From a virus: 64,000 bases of DNA. Of the stretch, positions 17,733-24,679 are shown in pieces. Under the pieces are notes generated by a model. That model was not told the origin of the DNA, did not search any database, and was given only the letters and a program-made list of their open reading frames with translations. Within the stretch, counting starts at the first letter, position 1, and each line of letters starts with the position of its first letter. A program made the translations under genes and the position numbers. The stretch spans positions 32,001 to 96,000 of IMG/VR virus record IMGVR_UViG_3300049043_000070; one strand, written 5' to 3'.

Positions 17733-18527
17733 ACACTCAACTTCTTTCTGTTCGTGAGCAAATCCAACAGGACATTCTCACTTACGCTTCATTCATTGAT
17801 GATGAGAAAATCTTTTTTAATGATGAAGTTTTAGTTGAACTTTGTGAGATTGTTGTCCGTAACTTTGAGAAACTGAACTGATTATGTACCGTACACTTTC
17901 TGAACTTCGTGATAGCATCAACAGTATGATTGATGCTCAAGGTGAAGATGCTGCCTGTGCTGCATTTGTATTCACTCAACACGATGTCTTTGAGTTCAAC
18001 GAAGACACTAACCAAGACGACTATTTCTCTACACTTTTCACTCAAGATGTGCTCGCTGATGTAGGTGGTTCCGACTACATTTACGAACAGGTTGGTGAGA
18101 TGATTGATGATGCGATTCGTCTCCGTAAAAAACTTCCCCTCTACGCTAACTGAACCATGAGCAACACTTTTGACCGTCAGGCACTCGTTGAAGCATACAT
18201 CGACCGCCTGCTTGATAACATGAGCACCAAAGATTTGCTGCAGATTGTTGGTGACCAGATGGAAGAAAACATCACCAGCTATACTGATGAGGAACTGATT
18301 TCTGAGGTTGAGTCTTACTATCCTGATTTGTTGGAGGATTGATGATGACTGACCCAAACCAACTCAATCTCTACAAAATGTACGATCACCTAAATCAAAC
18401 TTGCAAAAAGTGTGGTGAAGGTTACTATAAAGAAACGAGCATTCATGATGATTGGGATGGTGTTCTTCATTGCTCTAAGTGTGCTCATGAAGTGAAACGA
18501 CACATAAAAGTTTGGGACACAAAGTAA
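17729..18527 (+). CDS. run of hypothetical ORFs (17729-~17881, 17884-18153, 18157-18342, 18342-18527; the last has a CxxC...CxxC Zn-ribbon-like motif)
   Basis: packed + strand ORFs; CKKC...HCSKC in the last. Confidence 0.6.
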
Positions 18528-18551
18528 CACAAACTGGGCGGCCGCTTCGCT

Positions 18552-18609
18552 GTGCCAGTTGGCAGACTGTCCACCAATCCCCCCAGACTGCCCCTGGGGG
18601 TGCCATACT
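18552..18609 (+). promoter_or_regulatory. palindrome/-10 cassette P12
   Basis: GTGCCAGT-TGGCAG-ACTGTCCA, 30 nt containing hairpin CCCCAG/CTGGGG, CATACT. Confidence 0.8.
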
Positions 18610-18615
18610 AGTCTC

Positions 18616-18780
18616 ATGAAAACAAACAACCCCTACGTCGCTCAGATCCTCGCTAAGGGTCGGGACTATGTGCCCACCCCTGCCCCTAAGGCAGAGTACC
18701 CCCGTACCATCCATGGTCGGGTCTTTGAGACTGAGGCAGACTATCAGGAAGCGATGGCAGACTTCCTAAACGGTCTGTGA
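18616..18780 (+). CDS. small hypothetical protein
   Basis: MKTNNPYVAQILAKGRDY...; stop lies in the left arm of P13. Confidence 0.65.
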   Translation: MKTNNPYVAQILAKGRDYVPTPAPKAEYPRTIHGRVFETEADYQEAMADFLNGL

Positions 18781-18834
18781 CACTTGCGGGGGTGTCCACT
18801 GATGCCCCCATCCTGCCCAAATCCATTCTATCAT
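18777..18834 (+). promoter_or_regulatory. palindrome/-10 cassette P13
   Basis: GTGACACT-TGCGGG-GGTGTCCA, 30 nt, TATCAT. Confidence 0.7.
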
Positions 18835-18855
18835 TCTCTCAGTTCAAACAAACAA

Positions 18856-19284
18856 ATGTCTGTCACCTTGACCGCTAACTATAAAGAAGTGCTCTCTGCC
18901 GATGCTGTAGAGAAGGTGGATGAGTTGCTCGAAGAGAATTATGCTCTCGACGACATGTTGGAGTTCATTGATAACTACAACGAAAACGATTTTGTTGCCT
19001 ATTATGAAGAGTATGTGCGCTGTGGTGAAGCGATCGGTTATGATGCCGTTGATGCTTTGATCGGTGAGATGGGTTGCGTTTCTGACATCGAAGGGTGTGA
19101 TGAACGCTACCGTGGTTGTTACGAATCCACCGCTGATTTTGCTGAAGAGTTTTACAACGACATCAGCGATGTGCCCTCTGCTTTGGTGATTGATTGGGAG
19201 GCGACCTACGATAGTTCGCTGCGCTACGATTTCACCGCTTGTGAAGTGAAGTATCGTGTGGTCTACATCTTCAGCGACTACTGA
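18856..19284 (+). CDS. ardA: ArdA-like anti-restriction (DNA-mimic) protein
   Basis: RYRGCYESTADFAEEF...DVPSALVIDWEATY...LRYDF matches the ArdA C-terminal pattern; about 35 D/E versus 8 K/R in 142 aa. Confidence 0.65.
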   Translation: MSVTLTANYKEVLSADAVEKVDELLEENYALDDMLEFIDNYNENDFVAYYEEYVRCGEAIGYDAVDALIGEMGCVSDIEGCDERYRGCYESTADFAEEFYNDISDVPSALVIDWEATYDSSLRYDFTACEVKYRVVYIFSDY

Positions 19285-19360
19285 TCTTCACCCCACAAAG
19301 TATACCTAACTCACCATGACGCATTTTACCATGCCCACCCTGCCCGTGATCCGTCAGCGA

Positions 19361-19418
19361 GGGACACTTGCCGAACTGGTCTACCTGTGGGCGATGCAGC
19401 GCCTGGGGTCTGTAGGAT
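19361..19418 (+). promoter_or_regulatory. palindrome/-10 cassette P14
   Basis: GGGACACT-TGCCGA-ACTGGTCT, 30 nt, TAGGAT. Confidence 0.65.
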
Positions 19419-19439
19419 ACGATCAAACAAACAAACCAC

Positions 19440-19628
19440 ATGACCAAGACAGAAGCAACCGCCCTCGCCATCGCCATCGTTCACAGCAACTGCCCCAACG
19501 CTGCCAACGGGCATGTGCGGATGCTGCATCAGACCCCTGAGGGTGCTGAGATGCTGCGCCTGATTGTTCGTGATGATCTCTGCGGTGCTGCTGACATCAT
19601 CGCCAACGCCCTGTGGCACAATCTCTGA
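19440..19628 (+). CDS. hypothetical protein
   Basis: 62-aa ORF; stop lies in the P15 spacer. Confidence 0.6.
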   Translation: MTKTEATALAIAIVHSNCPNAANGHVRMLHQTPEGAEMLRLIVRDDLCGAADIIANALWHNL

Positions 19629-19672
19629 ACTGTCCACCATCCCCCAGGATCTGACCCCAGACCCTGTAGGAT
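19615..19672 (+). promoter_or_regulatory. palindrome/-10 cassette P15
   Basis: GGCACAAT-CTCTGA-ACTGTCCA, 30 nt, TAGGAT. Confidence 0.65.
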
Positions 19673-19695
19673 ACAAACAACAAAGCAAACACCCC

Positions 19696-19872
19696 ATGTC
19701 GTTTCTCGCCAAATCAATTCTGGTCATGCTGATGGGCAGCGTGACCATCGTGGCAGGTGCCCACGTCATGGATGCCGCCCTTAAAGTTCGGGATAAGATC
19801 GACCATCGCAACGCCCTAACCTGCCAGCAGATCAACGAGATCACCCCTGGAGGGTGCCACATGGGCAAGTGA
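19696..19872 (+). CDS. small protein with an N-terminal hydrophobic segment
   Basis: MSFLAKSILVMLMGSVTIVAGAHVMDAAL...CQQINEITPGGC. Confidence 0.55.
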   Translation: MSFLAKSILVMLMGSVTIVAGAHVMDAALKVRDKIDHRNALTCQQINEITPGGCHMGK

Positions 19873-19911
19873 CCACCAGCCCCCAGGATCTGACCCCAGA
19901 CCGTCTAGACT
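19854..19911 (+). promoter_or_regulatory. palindrome/-10 cassette P16
   Basis: GTGCCACA-TGGGCA-AGTGACCA, 30 nt, TAGACT; spacer shares CCCCAGGATCTGACCCCAGACC with P15. Confidence 0.7.
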
Positions 19912-19935
19912 GATCACAACGAAACGAAACGACCC

Positions 19936-20127
19936 ATGACCGTTCGAACCAACGTGCTTCCCCTTGACCTCTGCACCGTCACCCTGACTGAGGCGCAGTG
20001 GTCTACGATCCGAACCGCTTTGCTGTGTCTCGCTTGCGACTGCCGTGTTGCTGGCAAGTCTACCGACGCAGACTACTACCTGAACGCTTACAACAACCTG
20101 AAGGCAGCGATGGGGATGGACGCCTGA
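19936..20127 (+). CDS. hypothetical protein
   Basis: 63-aa ORF; stop lies in the P17 spacer. Confidence 0.6.
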   Translation: MTVRTNVLPLDLCTVTLTEAQWSTIRTALLCLACDCRVAGKSTDADYYLNAYNNLKAAMGMDA

Positions 20128-20175
20128 GGCACTGTCCACCAGCTGCCCCATCGGGCACTGCTGACCCCTTATACT
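20117..20175 (+). promoter_or_regulatory. palindrome/-10 cassette P17
   Basis: TGGACGCC-TGAGGC-ACTGTCCA, 31 nt, TATACT. Confidence 0.65.
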
Positions 20176-20196
20176 GATCACATCAGCAAACGACAC

Positions 20197-20465
20197 ATGA
20201 CCAACACCCTCAGCACCTACAACGGTTGGGCAACCTACGAAACCTGGAATGCCGCCCTGTGGATTGGCAATGATCAATTCCTCTACAACACCGCTAAGGC
20301 ATGTGTAGAGTACTGCGGCGATGATGAGACCCCTTGGGATAAGTTCGTTCGCTGCATGACCGATGGCATCATCGGGCGCCACCTTGTTCAGACCCGTGAC
20401 GGTGTGCGTTGGAATTCCCCGCCATTGATGCAGATGAGATGAACGAGATGATGGCAGAGCTGTGA
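20197..20465 (+). CDS. hypothetical phage protein with a YNGWxxYETWNxALW motif (one indel near 20425)
   Basis: TYNGWATYETWNAALWIGND...; corrected C-terminus PAIDADEMNEMMAEL*; stop lies in the left arm of P18. Confidence 0.7.
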
Positions 20466-20520
20466 CGATCGAAGGGGTGGCACAGTCTGCCCCCGATCTC
20501 CCATCCTGACCCTGTAGACT
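20462..20520 (+). promoter_or_regulatory. palindrome/-10 cassette P18
   Basis: GTGACGAT-CGAAGG-GGTGGCAC, 31 nt, TAGACT. Confidence 0.65.
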
Positions 20521-20526
20521 AACAGC

Positions 20527-20721
20527 ATGAACAAACAACCCCTCCAACAGCAAGGCGCCTTCCTGGTCAACGAGACCGCCGCCAACGACCCCATCATCCA
20601 GCAGGTGATGGCATCCTACATGGAGCGCCTCGCCCAAGAGGCAGCATACCGCGAGGATGTGCGCTCTGGCAAGGTCGCCCCTGTCCAGACTGGTAGCTGG
20701 CACATCAGCGACCGCCACTGA
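20527..20721 (+). CDS. hypothetical protein
   Basis: 64-aa ORF; 3' end contains P19. Confidence 0.6.
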   Translation: MNKQPLQQQGAFLVNETAANDPIIQQVMASYMERLAQEAAYREDVRSGKVAPVQTGSWHISDRH

Positions 20722-20740
20722 GGGGTCGCCCCTGTAGACT
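20682..20740 (+). promoter_or_regulatory. degenerate palindrome/-10 cassette P19
   Basis: TGTCCAGA-CTGGTA-GCTGGCAC, 31 nt, TAGACT. Confidence 0.55.
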
Positions 20741-20766
20741 AACCACAGATCAAACGAACCCAACCC

Positions 20767-20955
20767 ATGGCAATCTACTCTCAGTGCTCTGACCTCGAAA
20801 CCCGTGAGACCATGTGGGTCGCTCGCAAGACAGAGACCGCCCGACAGACCCGCTACGCTGGCATGATCTGCCCTGCTGAGGGTTGGTGGTGGGCAGGCGT
20901 TCATGCCGATGCCTTCCATGAGGAGGCAGTCTCCAAACTCCCCACCTTCGGGTGA
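20767..20955 (+). CDS. hypothetical protein
   Basis: 62-aa ORF. Confidence 0.6.
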   Translation: MAIYSQCSDLETRETMWVARKTETARQTRYAGMICPAEGWWWAGVHADAFHEEAVSKLPTFG

Positions 20956-20994
20956 CCCCCCATCCTACCACACCCCCATTTCTCTACACTAACC

Positions 20995-21174
20995 GTGACA
21001 ACCAAACAACTACAGAAATTGGCAAAGGTGCATGGGTGGACATTACATAGAAACGGTGGCAAACATTACATCTATCGCCACGAAGATGCAAGCAAACAAA
21101 TCACAATCCCCTATCAAGTTAAGTCATTCGTAGGGCGCAACATCGCCAAGCAGTTAGTGACAGTGGGGCAGTGA
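20995..21174 (+). CDS. hicA: HicA-like mRNA interferase (59 aa, GTG start; below the ORF-track cutoff)
   Basis: MTTKQLQKLAKVHGWTLHRNGGKHYIYRHEDASKQITIPYQVKSFVGRNIAKQLVTVGQ fits the HicA pattern L...GW...R..G.H..Y.H......IT.P...G...I.KQ. Confidence 0.65.
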   Translation: MTTKQLQKLAKVHGWTLHRNGGKHYIYRHEDASKQITIPYQVKSFVGRNIAKQLVTVGQ

Positions 21175-21186
21175 AATTGCCCCCTT
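21165..21186 (+). terminator. hairpin ending the early region
   Basis: GGGGCAGTGAAATTGCCCC, then a short T run. Confidence 0.5.
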
Positions 21187-21258
21187 AAGTATAACGGGGC
21201 GGCCAGAGCGGGTCCCATACAGCACCTCCCCTAACCTACAAAAGTATCCAGACGACCG

Positions 21259-21265
21259 ATAAATA
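21259..21265 (+). promoter_or_regulatory. T4-type late promoter
   Basis: ATAAATA upstream of ATG 21326; other copies at 22194, 22461 and 60755, and CTAAATA at 37707 and 51144. Confidence 0.55.
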
Positions 21266-21325
21266 TTGTTGAAAATGGTTTTTTGAAAACCTCAAAAAAT
21301 AAAAAATTTTCCCAGAAAAAAAATC

Positions 21326-21565
21326 ATGAAAAAACCCGACTTTGAAGACTTTGATAGTATTCTAAATAACTTTGATGCCTTCTGTGACGAGTTTGAAAGT
21401 CGTGCTGCAGAGGCATTCCTACGAGGAGATCAAAATGATGGAAGAGTTACAAAGGCAACAGCAGAAATTGGAACAAGCACTCCTAACGCTGTCAGAGAGA
21501 TTACAGAGCCTGGACCAGCGAATATCACAGTTGGAGAGACCTACATTGATGTATCGTCGTCCTGA
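21326..21565 (+). CDS. hypothetical protein (overlaps the next gene)
   Basis: MKKPDFEDFDSILNNFDAFCDEFESRAAEAFLRGD. Confidence 0.6.
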   Translation: MKKPDFEDFDSILNNFDAFCDEFESRAAEAFLRGDQNDGRVTKATAEIGTSTPNAVREITEPGPANITVGETYIDVSSS

Positions 21566-21665
21566 GAGTAAGAATTACGAGAGTTTGTCTGATACATTAG
21601 ATTATCTACACAACAATGTAGCTGGTATTAAGAAAGATCTGATTAGAGTTGCACAGACGGTATAA
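21435..21665 (+). CDS. coiled-coil hypothetical protein
   Basis: SD AGGAGA before ATG; ...LERPTLMYRRP...LDYLHNNVAGIK. Confidence 0.65.
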   Translation: MMEELQRQQQKLEQALLTLSERLQSLDQRISQLERPTLMYRRPESKNYESLSDTLDYLHNNVAGIKKDLIRVAQTV

Positions 21666-22048
21666 TGCCAAATATTGTAGGACCAGATACAGTTGATACA
21701 TCAAGTACAGATGGCAATTGTTTGTATCCAGCAAAAGCATTAGGAGGATCGCCTTTTATATCTTCTAATGTAAGAATGGAAGGACAGCAAGTAAAGTTTT
21801 ATAATTCTACAAATTTACCTTCATCTGTGGAAGGTTTAAAAATTAATCCTGCTATTCCTATTCCATGTCAACCTGGAATACGAAGAATTGAACCAGTAAT
21901 TAACAATAGTGTGTTGATCAATGGTCAACTTTTCGCAGTTACTGGTGATGAAGCAGATTTAATTCTTGGAGCAACAACACCTAGGACCTTGACAGGACCG
22001 TTTAGTTATCCTACAATAAAGATTGGTACACGATTACAAAATTCATAA
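21665..22048 (+). CDS. PAAR-like baseplate spike tip (gp5.4-like)
   Basis: C-x-Y...NV-x-M-x-G...CQPG...NNSVLING...AVTGD; located just before gp25. Confidence 0.65.
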   Translation: MPNIVGPDTVDTSSTDGNCLYPAKALGGSPFISSNVRMEGQQVKFYNSTNLPSSVEGLKINPAIPIPCQPGIRRIEPVINNSVLINGQLFAVTGDEADLILGATTPRTLTGPFSYPTIKIGTRLQNS

Positions 22049-22049
22049 T

Positions 22050-22194
22050 ATGTCAAAAGCAAAAGGTGGTTTAGTCAAGACTGGTTACGTTGAGGGAACA
22101 CCAAAGAAGACCCGTCAAGGCGTTCAAAGAACACGACCTAAGTGCTACTTCTAGGAATGGTCGCAGTAAGCGTTATCGCGGTCAAGGTAGATAA
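22050..22194 (+). CDS. small basic protein (one indel)
   Basis: PKKTRQG...SATSRNGRSKRYRGQGR*. Confidence 0.6.
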
Positions 22195-22214
22195 TAAATA
22201 GTAGTAGAGATAGC

Positions 22215-22259
22215 AACCTCTCTAAAAGTTCTGGAAACAGTACTTTAGAGAGGTTTTTT
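22215..22259 (+). other. long hairpin with GAAA loop and T tail, between a late promoter and the next ATG
   Basis: AACCTCTCTAAA (22215-22226) pairs with TTTAGAGAGGTT (22244-22255); inner CTG-GAAA-CAG. Confidence 0.55.
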
Positions 22260-22460
22260 ATGGGATTACACCCAGTTGATAAAGGTAATGAATTTGTTGA
22301 AAATGGTATGACGCTGATTACTGAAACTGACAGCGACAAATATTTAAAACTTGTAAAGAAAAGAAAAGACGAGTTATATTCTATTCCAGAAGATCGCTAT
22401 AGCAAACCATGTGGTGGTTCTGGCGGGTTTGATGATTTTGTTGAACGTTGGCACGAGTGA
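22260..22460 (+). CDS. hypothetical protein
   Basis: 66 aa; YSKPCGGSGGFDDF. Confidence 0.65.
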   Translation: MGLHPVDKGNEFVENGMTLITETDSDKYLKLVKKRKDELYSIPEDRYSKPCGGSGGFDDFVERWHE

Positions 22461-22488
22461 ATAAATAATAGCAACTTGCTGTGTCTAA

Positions 22489-22881
22489 ATGCCCGAATTT
22501 CAGACGTTCAAAGATTTGAGCGTTACTTTTAAGAAGCATCCTGTCACTGATGATCTTGTCATTGTGAAGGATAAGGCTGCGATTACACAATCAATTATAA
22601 ATTTGCTTCTTACGAATAAGGGCGAGCGTATGTTTCAACCAGAATTAGGTTCTGGAATATATGCCACACTATTTGAACCATTGGATTATGGTACTGCCGG
22701 TATCATTAGATCTACTGTAATTGATGTTCTAGAACGTTATGAACCGAGAATTGTCGTTTCAAATGTTATTGTAATACCAGATTTTGATTCAAATGGATAT
22801 TCGGTTGAACTAACTTATGTAATTCGTGGTAGAGAAGACACACCAGTAGCAGTAGAATTCTTCTTAGAGCGTACACGATAA
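22489..22881 (+). CDS. gp25: baseplate wedge subunit gp25
   Basis: FKDLSVTF..HPVT.DL...AI.QSI.NLLLT.KGER.FQP.LGS...LFEPLD...YEPRI. Confidence 0.95.
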   Translation: MPEFQTFKDLSVTFKKHPVTDDLVIVKDKAAITQSIINLLLTNKGERMFQPELGSGIYATLFEPLDYGTAGIIRSTVIDVLERYEPRIVVSNVIVIPDFDSNGYSVELTYVIRGREDTPVAVEFFLERTR

Positions 22882-24675
22882 TGCCATACACTCAACTTGC
22901 TAATCTAGATTTCACGGAAATTAAAACTGCTCTGAAGGATTATCTCAGGGGGCAGTCCGAATTCACTGATTATGATTTTGAGGGTTCGGCATTATCCAAC
23001 TTACTTGATGTGCTTGCCTATAATACCTACTACACGGCGTTTAATACCAACATGGTAGTCAATGAACTATTCATTGATTCTGCCACCTTGAGAGACAACG
23101 TAGTGGCGATTGCGAAGCAATTAGGTACAGACCAAAGAGTGCGACCTCACCGACAGCTTATATCTCATTTACTGTTACATATACCAATTCAACAACTGAT
23201 ACACAGTTAATTCTTAAGAAAGGAACTGGATTTGTTGCTTCTTATGATAATGTTCTTTATCAGTATGTTGTATTAGATGATGCGAAGGCACAAGTTTCAA
23301 ATGGTGTTGCTACTTTCTTGAACGTTCCCATTAAAGAAGGAACACAACTAGTTAACACATTTACTGTCAACACAGCAGTAGCATCACAAAAATTCATTCT
23401 TGATAACTCAAATATTGACACGAACACCATCCGAGTAAAAGTATTTCCTGCCGGTGGATCTTTCTCCGAACCTTATTTGGTATCAGATAATATTCTTGGT
23501 GTTGATGGAAATTCAAAAATATTTTTCTGAATGAAATTGAAGATGAACGATACGAGATTATCTTTGGTGATGGAGTGTTGGGAAAAAAATTAGAAAACAA
23601 TGCAGTTGTTGAAGCTTCTTATCTTGTTACATCTGGACCAGCATCAAATGGTGTAAGAACATTTGTATTTTCTGGTGTATTAGAAAATCAGGATGGAGCA
23701 ACTCCTGGTGGATTTACTGTTACAATCAATTCTACGGTTGCTGCAGCAGGCGGTGAAGAGATTGAAACCACGAAGAAGATCAAATACAATGCGCCGAAGT
23801 CATATGGCACACAGGACCGTGCTGTGACCTCTCAGGACTATACTGCGATCGTTCGTAACATCTATCCTGCCACAAGCGACATTATCATCTTTGGAGGCGA
23901 AGATCAGGTTCCTCCGCAATATGGTAAGGTGTTTATTGTACTCAAACCAACAGATGCAGCATATCTCACCTCCATCACGAAGCAAGAAATTGTATCACAG
24001 TTGAAAAGATATGTTGTTGCCTCTGTTGAACCAGTCTTGGTTGATCCATCAATTCTTTATGTTGAGCTTGATAGTAAGATTTACTACAACAGTCAAATCA
24101 CAGATCAGACACCAGCACAGATCAGAGACAAAGTAATTACATCGTTACAGAGTTACATTGAAACATCAGATACTGAAAAGTTTAATGGTAAGTTTCGGCA
24201 CAGTAAAGCAGTTGGTGTGATTGATGATGCTGATAAAAGCATCAATTCTAATTTAACTTCTGTAATTATGAGAAAGGATTTCTATCCTCAACTCAATTCA
24301 ACGTTCTATTACGAAGTGTGTTTCCAGAATTCTTTTGACGAAGACTGCGATAATCCAGTCCTGTCGTCAACTGGTTTTAGAGTGACCGAATACCCAAATT
24401 TTGATGTTTATGTTGAAGATAGGGGTGGTAAAATTATCCTATATAGACTAGACGCTATAACTGGTGAAAAGATTGTCCTGGATAGGGAAGTTGGTGATAT
24501 TGATTATGTGAAAGGTGAGTTAAAAATGTATGATTTAACTATCATCAAAGGAAGCTTCTTTGATAACAGAATTTCACTCAGAGTTAAACCTCTATCTAAT
24601 GATATCAAAGCGATAAGAGAGGTTTATCTAGATGTTGATATAGCAAATTCCACCTTCATTGCGTACAAAGAGTAA
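22881..24675 (+). CDS. gp6: baseplate wedge subunit gp6 (split by indels)
   Basis: LDF..IK..LKDYLR.Q.EFTDYDFEGSALS.LLD.LAYNTYY; AP..Y..QDRAVT..DY. Confidence 0.92.
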
Positions 24676-24679
24676 GTAG

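Noticed and set aside
833-20740. Palindromic repeat family as a CRISPR array
   Set aside because: Copies are degenerate and separated by whole genes (200-3,600 bp), not by 30-40 nt spacers, and no cas genes are present.
4778-20740. True integron (attC/IntI)
   Set aside because: There are no RYYYAAC/GTTRRRY core sites and no integrase in the window; kept only as an analogy.
20767-20955. Upstream ORF as the HicB partner of the HicA-like gene
   Set aside because: Only a faint HEEAV resemblance; it lacks the HicB PDLPGC..G.T motif and is in the atypical upstream position.
20985-20990. TACACT as the -10 of another cassette
   Set aside because: No palindrome 30 nt upstream, and the hexamer is only 4 nt from the GTG start.
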